Assembly (NCBI RefSeq): GCF_036971445.1
Contig: NC_091471.1
Location: 358,980,001 to 359,044,000, forward strand
DNA: 64,000 bases
Direction: 5' to 3'
Source of the DNA: Narcine bancroftii
Taxonomy: Eukaryota
The position numbers were made by a program, and so were the translations under genes. This document shows positions 61,796-64,000 of the stretch, piece after piece (the first letter of the stretch is position 1; every line of letters starts with the position of its first letter). The notes below the pieces were generated by a model. It saw nothing but the letters and a program-made list of their open reading frames with translations, was not told the origin of the DNA and did not search any database.

Positions 61796-62798
61796 TCTCT
61801 CAAACCATGCCGGTTTGAAGGGAAAGATTAAAAAGGGCCTGAGGGATACCTTGTTCACACAAAGGGCAGTGGGTTTATGGAACAAGCTGCCAGAGGAAGT
61901 GGTAGAGGCACATACAACTGCAACATTCAAAAGATATTTGGATAGTTACATACAGATGGGATATGGGTTGAAGGCAGGCAAGTGTGACTAACTTGGTTGG
62001 CATGGACCAGTGTGGTCCATGGATAAAACTCAATAGGACAATAATAAGAAGCAGATGCTAAAAATCTGAAATAAAATCAGAAAATGCTGAAAATGTTCAT
62101 TGGATCAATGTTGCAGTATCGTTCACTTTCAAGTTTATTGACAGGTATGAAATATAGTGATGGAACTTTTTTTGCAAGCAGACCAATAGACATCTTCTGG
62201 ATAGTACTGTATCATAAATACAATGGGGCAAACATATAAAGTGCAGAGTTAGTAGATACGGAGCAAAGCAACCTAATTTTACTAATTGAGGGATCATTGA
62301 GAAAGTTAACGTCAATACAAAGAATGGCCAGCAGGTTTGAGACTCCTGTGGGAATACCAACAATGACAGCACTTCCTTGGAGGAATGCCAGCACTTCTGA
62401 ATGGGATTACTGTCATTTCCCTGTGAGAGAAGGCCCCTTGTTAATATTCTCCTGCTGACAGTAGATGGCGCCATTTGCCCACAAATGGGACAGTGAGTTG
62501 GCACCTGAATAAATTGCAATAATCTCATTTCCAAGCTCTGTGCAGCTTTGGTCAATGTCGATGGCCAGTGATAATGCAAGAGGACAGAGCCAGTTTTGCA
62601 AAGCTGTGCCAATGGCTAAGAGGACAAGGAAACCGTCACCTCCAGATGTTGCTCTGGAATACAGACAGCAGGCTCTGTTTCACCAGAAGTACAGGGGTCA
62701 AATAATGGAGGAAGACAGCAAGACTGCATGTATACCTGCATCGGAAAAACACCCCAGCTCACCCTGTCACCCTCTTCCAAATCCATCATGTGAATTAT

Positions 62799-62912
62799 TC
62801 TCTCTCTCTCTTTCACTGTCTCTCTCTCTCTCTCTGTTTGAGTCTCACTTTCACTGTCTCTCTCTGTCTCTCTGTCACTCTCTCAGTCTCTCCTCTCTAT
62901 CTGTGTGTGTTC

Positions 62913-62952
<40 letters not shown>
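62799..62952. repeat. (CT)n/(CA)n compound microsatellite
   Basis: Directly visible. Confidence 0.9.
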
Positions 62953-63329
62953 ACTAAAGCTAGTGTCAATGTCCAGTTGACTATGGCTTTTATTAAGTTA
63001 AGCAATTAAATTAAGAGACCCATCCAAAATTAACCTTCTAACCCCGTGTGGGTTTGGAACATGGGCGGAAACCAGAGTAAAACTGGCTTCTGGGAGGAAT
63101 TTTCCTTCTTAATTTCCTAAAGGCAAGAGTGGGAAGTTGGGTGACATGGTGCCATTGGGTCTTGTAAAACGAACCTATTGGTTGAATCACACAAGGCAAA
63201 GGGGAAGAGTACAGGAGTAAACTAGTTTGAGTGGCGTCACAATAACATCCTTGCACTCCATGCCAGGTGGACACCACCAGGGGAACACAAACCACCAGTC
63301 CTCATCGAGGGGTCAGCAATAGGGAGCGT

Positions 63330-63912
63330 AAGAAACATCAGATTCTTGGGTGACAACATCCCTGAAGATCTATCCTGAGGCCATCATGTCGATGTAACGT
63401 AAAGCAGGCTCGCCCGCGGCGATATTTTGTTTGGAGTATGAGGAGATTTGGTATGTCTCCTCAAGACTCTTGCAAATTTCTACAAGTGGACCATGGGAAG
63501 CATTCTGACTGGTTCCATCACTGTCTGGTATGGAGGTGCCAATACCCAGGGCAGGAAAAGTGTACAGAGGGTTGTGAACTCATCCATCATGGTCATTAAT
63601 CTTCCCTCCGTTAAGGACATCTTTAAGAGGCGGTGTCTCTGTCTTCAGAGGACCTCACCCCCAAGGCCCTGCCCTTTTCCCATCAGGAAGGAGGTACAGG
63701 AGCCTGAAGACATGCTCAACATTACAAAAAAAACCTTCTTCCCCTCCACAGACAATGAACCTCTTTTTTGTACTAGTTATTTTGTTTTAAAAACTTATTT
63801 ATGTAATTGTAATTTATAGCAATCTTGCACCTTGTTCTGCTCAACACCCGCTGCCACAAAATAACAAATTTCATGACACATGTTCAGGACAATAAACCTG
63901 ATCCTGACATCG
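63330..63912 (+). mobile_element. Rex1/Babar LINE 3' fragment
   Basis: LANFYKWTMGSILTGSITVWYGG..RKSVQRVV; AATAAACCTGATCCTGA tail. Confidence 0.85.
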
Positions 63913-64000
63913 ATAATGTCTCAATGAAAAAGACGCCCTGAACATATTGCATTTTCTTCACACATTTTAAAGAATATAATGTGTTTTTCATTTTGAAAAA

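Noticed and set aside
62097-62980. 171-aa and 146-aa ORFs
   Set aside because: No recognisable homology; the 146-aa ORF is extended by a microsatellite
1-64000. Prokaryotic-style novel system (retron, DGR, defence operon) built around the RT
   Set aside because: The RT is a standard non-LTR retrotransposon enzyme with an APE domain and TSD in vertebrate repeat-rich DNA; no operon structure

Overview
Vertebrate non-coding DNA, very probably from a cartilaginous fish (elasmobranch; inferred from the repeat set: HE1/V-SINE-like tRNA SINEs, shark/ray-type CR1, Rex1/Babar, L1-Tx1 and Penelope-like elements). I recognise no host protein-coding exon, so the window reads as a large intron or gene desert. 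The main feature is a full-length, young RTE (BovB-like) LINE on the minus strand (139-4824), flanked by a target-site duplication and inserted into the endonuclease region of an older CR1. It carries an in-frame perfect 56 x 15-bp minisatellite (PAACS)n just before the endonuclease and a 2 x 169-bp CpG-rich 5' repeat. A 40-bp inverted templated replacement removes the catalytic DH motif of its endonuclease and frameshifts the ORF. The rest is a mosaic of CR1, Rex1, L1-Tx1 and Penelope fragments (with hammerhead-ribozyme-like cores), a Sola2 transposase remnant, a solo LTR, hAT and Tigger/pogo-type MITEs, SINEs and microsatellites. Repeat-free islands carry CTCF-like motifs and enhancer-like composition. 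Boundaries of degraded repeats are approximate and families were assigned by motif recognition, not database search. I found no convincing new multi-gene system; the best leads are element-level oddities.
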